From Thermoanaerobaculia bacterium (GTDB taxonomy: Bacteria; Acidobacteriota; Thermoanaerobaculia; Thermoanaerobaculales; Sulfomarinibacteraceae), in assembly GCA_027067575.1 (NCBI GenBank), contig JAMOVQ010000142.1:7127-71126 (forward strand): a DNA stretch of 64,000 nucleotides. Direction: 5' to 3'. The notes beneath the pieces were generated by a model. The model had not been told where the DNA came from. It saw only the letters and a program-made list of their open reading frames with translations, and made no database searches. Shown here piece after piece: positions 9,236-16,945 of the stretch (position 1 is the stretch's first letter; every line of letters starts with the position of its first letter). A program made the translations under genes and the position numbers.

Positions 9236-10290
9236 ACAGCGACGAGCGCCTCGGCCACGCGGTCCCACGAGCAGGCTGCCACCCGAGCGCGGCCCGCGTC
9301 GCGGAGACGGCTCGCGAGCGCTTGATCGCTGACGATCCGGCGCACGGCCTCGGCCCACGCCGCCGGGGGGGCCGAGGCGGGGACGTAGAGTGCGGCGCCG
9401 CCCCCGGCCTCGGGGAGCGAGGAGCACGCCGTGACCACGGGGACCGCCCCGTGGGCCATCGCCTCGAGGACCGGCAGTCCGAACCCTTCCCACAGCGAGG
9501 GGAGCACGAGGACTTGCGCCGTCCCATACAGCCGCGCCAACGCCCCGTCGTCCACCGTTCCCGCCACACGGACCCGTTCCGGGCACCGCTCGGCAGCCTC
9601 ACGGATCGCAGGGTGCCCCGACGCGCCACCGGCCACCACGAGGGGCGGCAGGTCCCGCGCCCGGGACCCGCACCACAGACGGGCGAGCAGGTCCACGCGC
9701 TTGTGGGGATCCGGGCCACCCACGTAAAGGACGTGATCCCGGCGTTCGGCCGGCTCTCCCCCGGTGGGCGCCGCCACGCCGTTGGGGACGACGCGGACCC
9801 GGTCCGGCGGGATGCCGAGGCAGTGCACCGCGTCGTGGGCCGTGGACCTGGAGACGGCATGGACCAGCGTCGCCCGCCGGTACGTCTCCAGCCGCTGGAC
9901 CGCACGCCGCCGGACCCTCCCGCTGGGGATCGCGTCCGGATAACGGAGCGGGGTCACGTCGTGGAGCGTCGCCACCACCGGCAAGCCCAGCCCCGGCGGA
10001 ACCCCCCAGGCGGGGAGGTGGAGGACATCGACCGGGTGGCGATCGAGCACCCGCCGCCACACCGGCCGGTCGAACAGGAACGCCCCCCGCGGCGGGTGAG
10101 GAACCCGGACGATCCGCTCCTGGAGACCTTCGAGTGACGGGCCGAGCGGCGCGCCCCGCGGGACGAAGACCACGAGGTCAACGTCGGAGCGACCCGCGAA
10201 GGCGCACACGTGCTCCCGCGCGACCCGGCCAAGACCGCGGTCCGGATCGAGCACCGCCGCGCGGGCGTCGTAGCCGACCGTCAGCACCAT
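9202..10290 (-). CDS. Glycosyltransferase family 4 (GT-B, group 1)
   Basis: C-terminal LPSLWEGFGLPVLEAMAHGAVPVVT...E motif (EX7E-type) and an N-terminal Rossmann half. Convergent with the previous gene, with a 34-nt overlap. Confidence 0.8.
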   Translation of the reverse strand: MVLTVGYDARAAVLDPDRGLGRVAREHVCAFAGRSDVDLVVFVPRGAPLGPSLEGLQERIVRVPHPPRGAFLFDRPVWRRVLDRHPVDVLHLPAWGVPPGLGLPVVATLHDVTPLRYPDAIPSGRVRRRAVQRLETYRRATLVHAVSRSTAHDAVHCLGIPPDRVRVVPNGVAAPTGGEPAERRDHVLYVGGPDPHKRVDLLARLWCGSRARDLPPLVVAGGASGHPAIREAAERCPERVRVAGTVDDGALARLYGTAQVLVLPSLWEGFGLPVLEAMAHGAVPVVTACSSLPEAGGGAALYVPASAPPAAWAEAVRRIVSDQALASRLRDAGRARVAACSWDRVAEALVAVYREARILAPS

Positions 10291-10385
10291 GTCTCAGCAT
10301 ACCGCGCTCCATGACACACCGGTGGTCCCCACCATCCTCACCCGTCACTCCGGGTCTCGACCCGGCATACCCTACGGCCTGACCG

Positions 10386-11447
10386 TCAGCCCGCCGCCAG
10401 CCAGTCCAGGAAGACGTCGGCCCGGCGCAGGTTGAGGATCCGCTCCGCCGGGACCCCCGCGCGGACTGCGATGGCCAGGGCGTACCGGTCGTACTCCAGG
10501 TGCGGCACGGCGTGGGCGTCCGACGCCAGCAGCAGGTCGCACCCGGCCTCGACGGCCAGCCGAGCCAGCTCCCAGTCCAGGTCCTGCCGCCGCGGGAACC
10601 CGTTGATCTCCACGGCGACCCCAGCCTCCGCGCACGCCGCAAACACCCGCTCCCACCGCGCCCGGATCCCCGGCCGGTGCTGGAAGAGCCGGCCTCGCGG
10701 GTGTGCCAGCACATGCACGCCCGGCGACGTGACGGCACGGAGCAGCCGCGCCGTCTGGTCCCGCTCCGGCCCGAGCTCGCGGTGGACAGCCGCGACCACC
10801 ACGTCCAGGGCGTCCCGCTCCACTGCCGGCACGTCCACCGTGCCGTCCTCCAGGATCTCCACCTCGAGCCCCTGGATCAGCAGCAGCTCGTCGCCGTACC
10901 GGTCGTTCCAGCGTCGCAGCCGCCGCCGCTGGAGCCGGACTCCCTCGGCGTCGAGCCCCGAGGCTACCTCGAGGCCCCGGGAGTGGTCCGCGACCACGGC
11001 CCAGAAGGCCCCGCGCCGGTGGCACGCCCGGGCCATGGTCTCCAGCGTCGCGTGACCGTCGGAATCCCGCGTGTGCCAGTGGAACGCGCCGCGGAGCAGC
11101 CCGGGGCGGAGCGGTTCCGGGGCGCCGGCCAGCACACCGTCCACCTCCGCCCGGCTGAGGAACCGTTCCCTGGCCGGCCGCCGGCGCCGGGCCGAACCAC
11201 CGGCCAGCCGCTCCACCGCGGCGGCCAGCGCCCCCTCTCCGGGACACGCCAGCAGCTGGCCCAGCAGCGGTTCGAGCCAGGGCGGCGCCTCGGCGAGAAC
11301 GCGCCGCCGGACCGGCCCCGGCGCGTCCATGGCCGAATACCCCGCCCTGAGCAACGCCAGCCTTCGCTCGCCGGGCGGCTCCCGGTCCGCCAGGCGGAAC
11401 AGCGCCTCGGCCAGCGCGGCGTTACTCGGTGGCGCCGTCCGGGCCAC
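10386..11447 (-). CDS. PHP-domain phosphoesterase (PolX C-terminal-like)
   Basis: FHWHTRDSDGH...ADHS...VAAVH...LAHP...ASDAH histidine/aspartate motifs of the PHP fold. GTG start preceded by GGAGGAGG. Confidence 0.7.
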   Translation of the reverse strand: MARTAPPSNAALAEALFRLADREPPGERRLALLRAGYSAMDAPGPVRRRVLAEAPPWLEPLLGQLLACPGEGALAAAVERLAGGSARRRRPARERFLSRAEVDGVLAGAPEPLRPGLLRGAFHWHTRDSDGHATLETMARACHRRGAFWAVVADHSRGLEVASGLDAEGVRLQRRRLRRWNDRYGDELLLIQGLEVEILEDGTVDVPAVERDALDVVVAAVHRELGPERDQTARLLRAVTSPGVHVLAHPRGRLFQHRPGIRARWERVFAACAEAGVAVEINGFPRRQDLDWELARLAVEAGCDLLLASDAHAVPHLEYDRYALAIAVRAGVPAERILNLRRADVFLDWLAAG

Positions 11448-11991
11448 CGTCCTCCTCCGCGAGCACGAACTCCCACCCGCAGTTGCGCCCCTCGGGAGCG
11501 TCGGGCGGACAGTGGAGGCAGGTGGTCCGGATCCTGGGGTCGACGGTGCGGGCGAAGGTGGAGAACTCGACGATCCCCACGCTCTTGCACGGGAAGTCGG
11601 GGAGCCCCTTCCGCCGGCGCGTCTCCTGGACGCGGCAGGTGTCCATGAAGAACCGCAGGCGCGAGCGGTCCTCGGACCACTCCACGTGCTGCTCGTTGAT
11701 CGCCGCGTACATCCGGAGCTCCAGCGCCCTCTCCAGCGCCTCGAGCCCCCCGCTATCGGGGATCCCGAACGTCCGCTTAATCCGGGCGGCCTCTACCGCG
11801 GCGAACCGCGCCCAGGAGGCGGTGTCCAACTCGATGGCGGTCTCCATCCCGTACCGCTCCTCGGCTGCCAGGAACCAGCACCCGTCGTGGGCCAGCCAGT
11901 TCTTCGCGAACATCTCCACGGCCCGGAGCAGCTCCTCCCGCGACATCCCCTCGAACGCGTTCATCGGCACCTCCCCCGCGGGATCGTACAC
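11422..11991 (-). CDS. Conserved hypothetical cytosolic protein (possibly DUF6125/ATC-hydrolase-like; assignment from memory, unverified)
   Basis: 189-aa ORF with balanced composition (FAKNWLAHDGCWFLAAEERYGMETAIELD...). Cys-containing C-terminus (CKS..., CLHCPPD, CGW). Overlaps the downstream PHP gene by 26 nt. Confidence 0.55.
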   Translation of the reverse strand: MYDPAGEVPMNAFEGMSREELLRAVEMFAKNWLAHDGCWFLAAEERYGMETAIELDTASWARFAAVEAARIKRTFGIPDSGGLEALERALELRMYAAINEQHVEWSEDRSRLRFFMDTCRVQETRRRKGLPDFPCKSVGIVEFSTFARTVDPRIRTTCLHCPPDAPEGRNCGWEFVLAEEDGGPDGATE

Positions 11992-12027
11992 CAGCCGCCA
12001 GGGGACGGCCCCCCGTGCGGGGGGCGG

Positions 12028-14505
12028 TCACTGGGCCACGGGCATGACGTAGGTCGGGTCGCCGGTCCGGTCGTCCACCACCGAGGCGTAGCAGGTCCAG
12101 TGGTCGGGGTTGCCGGACTCCAGCCGGACCACGATCCATGCGTTCTCCACCGACACGCCGCCGAGGCCCATGTCCGTGAAGACGTCGTTGACCTGGCGGA
12201 AGGCGGCACCCGTCGTGTACGACCGGGTCGCCAGCACACTGCCCGAGGGTGACACGATGGAGACGCCGTAGCGCACCTGGCCCGCACTCGTCTGGACGAG
12301 CCCGAGGTTGGTGTGGAACCGGCCGGACACCGAATGGACCAGCGGCAGGGCGTACGACGCCGGCGGCGAACCGGCGAGCGGGATCGCCGGGATCCCCTGG
12401 CCGAACGTCGCCCCGTCCGTGCCGAGGTTGTAGGTCCGGGTCGTCACCACGATCCCCGGTCCGTCCGCCTCAACCAGGAGCAGGCCGCTGGTGGGGTTCA
12501 TGGGCAGGAGCGGATCGTCCAGGTACAGCATCCTCGAGGGGCCGAGGGTAACCGGTTCCGCCAGCACCGTCCCGGGCCACGACTGGCCGCCGGCGACGTA
12601 GTGGACGGTGACCGACCGGTCCGACGATCCGCTGTTGACCACGGCGAGCTCCGTCTTCCAGTTGGACGTCCCGTACCCCGGCGCCGAGGCTGCGGCGGGG
12701 ACGAGCCAGCGGGTCGCGCCGCCACCGCCCGCCCCAACGGTCAGCACGGCCGTGCAGACGTTGTTGGTCTCGTTGGTCTCCGGAACCGTGCCGGATGAGT
12801 CCACCGCCGTCCCGATGAAGTACCGGCCGTCCGGGAGACTCGCGGGCAGGACCAGGTCCATGGAGTCGGTGGAGTCGTACCCCGCCGGCCACCCTCCGCC
12901 GTCCATTGTGGCGAGGGGAGTGTCCCCAGCGTCGAACACGGCGTCGGTGGAGAGAAACGCCTCCCAGACGAACGCCGGGGCAGCCGTCGCCCCCTGGTTC
13001 CTCCAGCGGAAGCTCAGCCGGACGGTGTCCCCGGCGTTCGCATGGTCGGGGGAGACCGAGCACTCCGTTGCCGTCAGGTCGGGAAGGGAGGATGTGGCGA
13101 GGACCGTCAGCGGTGCCGCGACGGCGTTGTTTCCCTCCTCCGTCTCGGCTACGAGGTTCCCGTCGTCGACGGCGACCCCCAGCCAGTAACTCCCCTGGGC
13201 GACGTCCGCGGGGATCGTCACCCGCTGGCCCCACATGGCATCGCCGAACGTGTCGCCACCCGAGAGGGATCCGCTCTCCTGGAAGGTCGCGATCCGGCGG
13301 TCCGACCCGTCGATGGTCGCGTCGGTGGAGAGGTAGACGCCGGTGGAGAACGCCGTTCCCACCGCCCCGCTCCCCCCGACGTGAGCCGAGTACCGGAGAT
13401 CGAGCGCGCCGCCGGCCGCGACGGTGGACGGTGCGGGATCGGCGGAGTCCGCGACGAGGTCGATCCCGGATCCCGAGTCGTAGTACAGCGTGATGGACCA
13501 CTCATCGACGTACGCCGTCTCCACGGCGTACCGGTTGCATCCGCCGATGATGTAGTCGGTGTTCACCCGGCTCCCGTCGTACCGGTGCAAGTGGACGTCG
13601 ACCTGATGGTAGACCGTGTCGCCGGACGAGGTGCCTCCGTACAGGTCGATGGGGTCCGACCAGGCCATTCCCGGCGCGTCCCTGTGCCACATGGCCGCCA
13701 GAAACCGCGAGATGTCGACCGAGTGGTAGACGGTCCACTCGTCCTCGAACTCCGTGACCACCGCATCAGCCGGGGCCGTGGTGATGCTGATCGACGTTCC
13801 GTAGTACACGCCGTCACTGCACAGGTGGTCGGAGAAATCACCGTTCCAACCGTTGCTCCCCGTGACCGAATCCTTGTACGGCGGAACAGCAGCAGAGCGC
13901 ACCGAGGCGTGGATCGCCGACCTTGCCTCCTCCGCCTGGCGCAGCACCGCCTCAAGAGCCGGGTCGCTCTCACCGATCCGCCACCACCCCTCGTGGCCCT
14001 TCTCCAGCGTCGGAAACCGGGCCGCCGCCTCGGGGTCGAGCCGGACGGCGACGCACCGCTCCACGACACCCGCAGACGCCGGACCGATCCCGATCGCACC
14101 CGAGGGATCCCTTCGGATCGAGCGGTTCGCTTGGAGCTCCCGGTCCGGCCGCGATCCCTGCCGGCGGACCGTGATCCGAGACCTCGCTCCGGGGAAAAGC
14201 CCCGACAGGTCGAGAACCAGCCCGACATCGCCCGCCACGGGGACACGCGCCCTCCACACGGCGCCTTCCTTCCGCCACCACAGGTCGGCCCCGCCGGGGG
14301 CCTCCGCCCCGGCCGGCAGAAGGAGCTCCACGGTGTCCCCCGCCTCGAGCTCCGGCAGCCGCACGATCACGGCGTCCGCCGAGGTCACGCTCCCGACCTC
14401 CGGCGCCACGGGCCTCCTGACGGCGGACGCCGCCGGCAGGACGGTCGCCACAACGAACGACAACACGACGAGACGAACGGTCCAGCGGTGCGCGATCATC
14501 GACAT
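12028..14505 (-). CDS. Secreted multidomain protein: signal peptide, unassigned N-terminal region, two CARDB-like domains, C-terminal shared ~230-aa domain
   Basis: Start at ATG 14505 (MSMIAHRWTVRLVVLSFVVATVLPAASA) behind GGAAGGGGG. CARDB-like segments: DL..DSADPAPSTVAAGGALDLRYSAHVGG...GNNA and PDLTATECSVSPDHANAGDTVRLSFRWRNQGA...TNETNNV. The C-terminal 229 aa (12031..12717) is homologous to domains in the 16946, 57124 and 59210 genes. Confidence 0.7.
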   Translation of the reverse strand: MSMIAHRWTVRLVVLSFVVATVLPAASAVRRPVAPEVGSVTSADAVIVRLPELEAGDTVELLLPAGAEAPGGADLWWRKEGAVWRARVPVAGDVGLVLDLSGLFPGARSRITVRRQGSRPDRELQANRSIRRDPSGAIGIGPASAGVVERCVAVRLDPEAAARFPTLEKGHEGWWRIGESDPALEAVLRQAEEARSAIHASVRSAAVPPYKDSVTGSNGWNGDFSDHLCSDGVYYGTSISITTAPADAVVTEFEDEWTVYHSVDISRFLAAMWHRDAPGMAWSDPIDLYGGTSSGDTVYHQVDVHLHRYDGSRVNTDYIIGGCNRYAVETAYVDEWSITLYYDSGSGIDLVADSADPAPSTVAAGGALDLRYSAHVGGSGAVGTAFSTGVYLSTDATIDGSDRRIATFQESGSLSGGDTFGDAMWGQRVTIPADVAQGSYWLGVAVDDGNLVAETEEGNNAVAAPLTVLATSSLPDLTATECSVSPDHANAGDTVRLSFRWRNQGATAAPAFVWEAFLSTDAVFDAGDTPLATMDGGGWPAGYDSTDSMDLVLPASLPDGRYFIGTAVDSSGTVPETNETNNVCTAVLTVGAGGGGATRWLVPAAASAPGYGTSNWKTELAVVNSGSSDRSVTVHYVAGGQSWPGTVLAEPVTLGPSRMLYLDDPLLPMNPTSGLLLVEADGPGIVVTTRTYNLGTDGATFGQGIPAIPLAGSPPASYALPLVHSVSGRFHTNLGLVQTSAGQVRYGVSIVSPSGSVLATRSYTTGAAFRQVNDVFTDMGLGGVSVENAWIVVRLESGNPDHWTCYASVVDDRTGDPTYVMPVAQ

Positions 14506-14639
14506 TGTCCCCCTTCCACGGGCTGTGACTCCCCGACTATGCCCCACCCCGCCTCCCGGCCGCAACCCCGGCGGCGGCGAAACCCGGCCGGAAACGGAAA
14601 ACCCGCCGGCGGGACAGCGACCCCACCTCCTGCGCGACG

Positions 14640-14840
14640 GAGGCGAGCGAAGCGGCCCGCCGGAACCCCCCGGCAGGCGAGCGAAGCGACGCCGCTCCTC
14701 ACCGCCGGGGACAGACGAAGAATCAAACAGCGTCCCTTCCCCCGAGACGGGCAACGCGAGACTCGGCGTCGGCCCCCGAGAAGGCCAGGAAACAGACAGT
14801 GTCCCCTTCCCCCAAGGCGAGCGAAGCGACGCCGTCCCCC
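14640..14840. repeat. Intergenic modular repeats: GGCGAGCGAAGCG(A/G)C x3 and ACAG(C/T)GTCCC(C)TTCCCCC x2
   Basis: GGCGAGCGAAGCG occurs at 14642, 14676 and 14816; the last two are identical 18-mers 140 bp apart. ACAGCGTCCCTTCCCCC lies near 14727 and ACAGTGTCCCCTTCCCCC near 14796. The reverse complement of the latter shares GAAGGGGACACT with the 18.5-kb repeat. Confidence 0.6.
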
Positions 14841-14859
14841 GTCCCCCCCGCCCTCGGAA

Positions 14860-15040
14860 GATCCGGGGAGGCGGGGCGGGTTCGTCGCGAGGGGTCCGAG
14901 ACGGGGTGAGCCGTGGATGCACGCGCCGGGTGAGCGAGCGAGGCGTAGCCCGGCTACGCCGCAGCGAGCGAGCCCAAGCGGGCGCCGCGGATCGCCCCGT
15001 ATCGGACCCCGCAGCAGAACCCGCCCCGCCTCCCCGGATC
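14860..15040. repeat. 181-bp imperfect palindromic element with 24-bp perfect terminal inverted repeats (MITE/REP-like or long terminator hairpin)
   Basis: GATCCGGGGAGGCGGGGCGGGTTC (14860..14883) is the exact reverse complement of GAACCCGCCCCGCCTCCCCGGATC (15017..15040). The arms between them stay largely complementary (GGGGTCCGA-ACGGGG...). The centre is the hairpin GGCGTAG-cccgg-CTACGCC. The right arm overlaps the glnA stop codon (15039..15041). Confidence 0.6.
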
Positions 15041-16370
15041 AATAGCGATCGAGGTACCGCTCGCGCTCCCACGGGTGGATCACCTGGATGTACTCCGCCC
15101 ACTCCTTCCGCTTGTTGTAGAGGAAGTGCTGGAAGATGTGCTCGCCGAGCGCCTCGCGCAGCACGGCGTCCCGCTCCAGGAAATCCAGCGCCTCCGCGAG
15201 GTTGGCCGGGAGCTGCCGGATCCTCAGGCGGCGCTTCTCACGCTCGCTCATGGTGAAGATGTTCTTGTTCACCGGCTCGCCGCAGTCCATGCCGGCCTCG
15301 ATCCCGTCGAGGCCGGAGGCCATCATGACGGCCAGCGCCAGGTACGGGTTGCACGACGGGTCCGGGACGCGGACCTCGCACCGGGTCCCCTCGCCGCGCC
15401 GGGCCGGGACCCGGATCATCGGCGAGCGGTTCTTCTCGGACCAGGCGACGTTGACCGGCGCCTCGAAGCCGGGAACGAGCCGCTTGTACGAGTTGACGAG
15501 CGGGTTCGTGACGGCGACGAACGCCCGGGCGTGGGTCAGCAGGCCCCCGATGTAGTTGCGGGCGACCTTCGAGAGCTCCCATTCGCCGTCGGGGTCCCAG
15601 AACGCGTTCTCGCCGTCCAGGGTGAACAGCGACTGGTGGGTGTGCATCCCCGAGCCGTTCATCCCCGCCAGCGGCTTGGGCATGAAGGTGGCGTGGAGCC
15701 CGTGCATCAGCGCGACCTTCTTGACCACGAACCGGAACGTGACGATGTTGTCCGCCGTGGTCACGGCGTCGGCGTACTTGAAATCGATCTCGTGCTGGCC
15801 CGGCGCCACCTCGTGGTGCGCCGCCTCCACCTCGTACCCCATCGCCTCGAGCACCAGCGTGATGTCCCGCCGCGCTTCCTCGCCCTGGTCCCGCGGGCTG
15901 AGGTCGAAGTACCCGCCCGTGTCGTGGGTCTGGGGGATGGGCTCCCCCTCGCCGTTGCGCTGGAACAGGAAGAACTCGGCCTCCGGCCCGGCCATCATCC
16001 GGTACCCCATGGAACGGGCCCGCTCCACCACCCGCTTGAGCGCGGTCCGTGGGCAGCCCGGGAACGGCGTCCCGTCCGGGTTGGCGATGTCGCAGATCAG
16101 CCGCCCCACCCGGCCGTGCTCGGTCTCCCAAGGGAAGACGCCGAAGGTGTCGAGGTCGGGCACGAGCAGCATGTCCGACTCCTCGATCCGTGTGAACCCC
16201 TCGATGGACGAGCCATCGAACATGATCTGTCCGTCCAGCGCCTTCTCGAACTGGCTCCGGGGCACCTCGACGTTCTTGATGATCCCGTCGATGTCCGTGA
16301 ACTGCAGCCTGAGGAAATGGACCCGCTCCTCCTTGCAGCGGGCCAGGATGTCTGGGATGCGATGGGGCAT
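15039..16370 (-). CDS. glnA: Glutamine synthetase, type I
   Basis: MPHRIPDILARCKEERVHFLRLQFTDIDGIIKNVEVP...FDGSSIEGF...GPEAEFFLF...NGSGMHTHQSL...SYKRLVPGFEAP...NRSPMIRVP is a full-length GS-I signature. ATG 16370 lies 7 nt after AGGAGG; the track start 16376 is an upstream TTG. Confidence 0.95.
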   Translation of the reverse strand: MPHRIPDILARCKEERVHFLRLQFTDIDGIIKNVEVPRSQFEKALDGQIMFDGSSIEGFTRIEESDMLLVPDLDTFGVFPWETEHGRVGRLICDIANPDGTPFPGCPRTALKRVVERARSMGYRMMAGPEAEFFLFQRNGEGEPIPQTHDTGGYFDLSPRDQGEEARRDITLVLEAMGYEVEAAHHEVAPGQHEIDFKYADAVTTADNIVTFRFVVKKVALMHGLHATFMPKPLAGMNGSGMHTHQSLFTLDGENAFWDPDGEWELSKVARNYIGGLLTHARAFVAVTNPLVNSYKRLVPGFEAPVNVAWSEKNRSPMIRVPARRGEGTRCEVRVPDPSCNPYLALAVMMASGLDGIEAGMDCGEPVNKNIFTMSEREKRRLRIRQLPANLAEALDFLERDAVLREALGEHIFQHFLYNKRKEWAEYIQVIHPWERERYLDRY

Positions 16371-16399
16371 GTGCAACCTCCTTCGTGCTCGATGCGCAC

Positions 16400-16428
16400 G
16401 TTATAGGGGTGCAATCTGCCGCTGTCAA
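16400..16428 (-). promoter_or_regulatory. Sigma-70-type promoter for glnA
   Basis: The minus strand reads TTGACA-17 nt-TATAAC (plus-strand tgtcaa 16423..16428 and gttata 16400..16405), about 30 nt upstream of the glnA start. Confidence 0.5.
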
Positions 16429-16610
16429 GCCCCAAACGATACTTTCATGGCCTCAATCGTGCAGAATGTCGCACACTCAACGATCACTGCACCATCCTGC
16501 CGTTCGTTCCCGGGAGCCGGATCCAACCACGAGCCGGCCACTCCCCGCACCGGCAGCCCGGCGCTCAAACCGGACATCACCGAGGATCCTGACCGACCCC
16601 GGTGAAGATC

Positions 16611-16738
16611 GGGACTGTCCCCAGACGCATCACGACACAAGGAGTGTCCCTTTTCAAGCAACGCACCCCCGCCCGATGCCCCCCTCACCCGCTCACCCAG
16701 GGACCAGCAAAGCGATGTCCCGGCTCACGTCCCAGAAC
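16611..16738. repeat. Intergenic repeat module (GGGACTGTCCCC, GGAGTGTCCC, CAGGGACCAGCAAAGCGATGTCCCGGCTCACGTCCCAGAAC)
   Basis: Same module as at 23191..23233 and 23326..23368 (CAGGGACGAGCGAAGCGATGTYCCGACTGGCGYCTCRGAGAAC), and the same GGGA-NNN-TCCC cores as in other spacers. Confidence 0.55.
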
Positions 16739-16945
16739 ACCCCAGCCCCTGGCGCCGAGGAGCTCGGCGTGGAGCTCGACGAGCACATCGCCTTCGTCCG
16801 TGACGCCATGGCGGGGATCGCCGCCAAGCTCGAGCTGCCGCCGGCGGAGTGACGCCCGTCCCCCGCGGCGCGGGTGATCCAGACCACGGCGGCGACCGCC
16901 GGGCCGTGGCATACTCGTTCCATCACACTTGGTGGAGGACGGACC

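Noticed and set aside
14506-15102. N-terminal 199-aa extension of track ORF 12028..15102
   Set aside because: The extension runs through the repeat-filled spacer and the palindromic element and into glnA. The internal ATG 14505 has a strong SD and gives a canonical signal peptide.
16715-16852. 45-codon ORF (MSRLTSQNTPAPGAEELGVELDEHIAFVRDAMAGIAAKLELPPAE) in the glnA-16946 spacer
   Set aside because: Its start codon lies inside a copy of the dispersed repeat, and the other copies do not continue as similar ORFs. There is no obvious SD. The helical-looking C-terminus is intriguing but is insufficient evidence.
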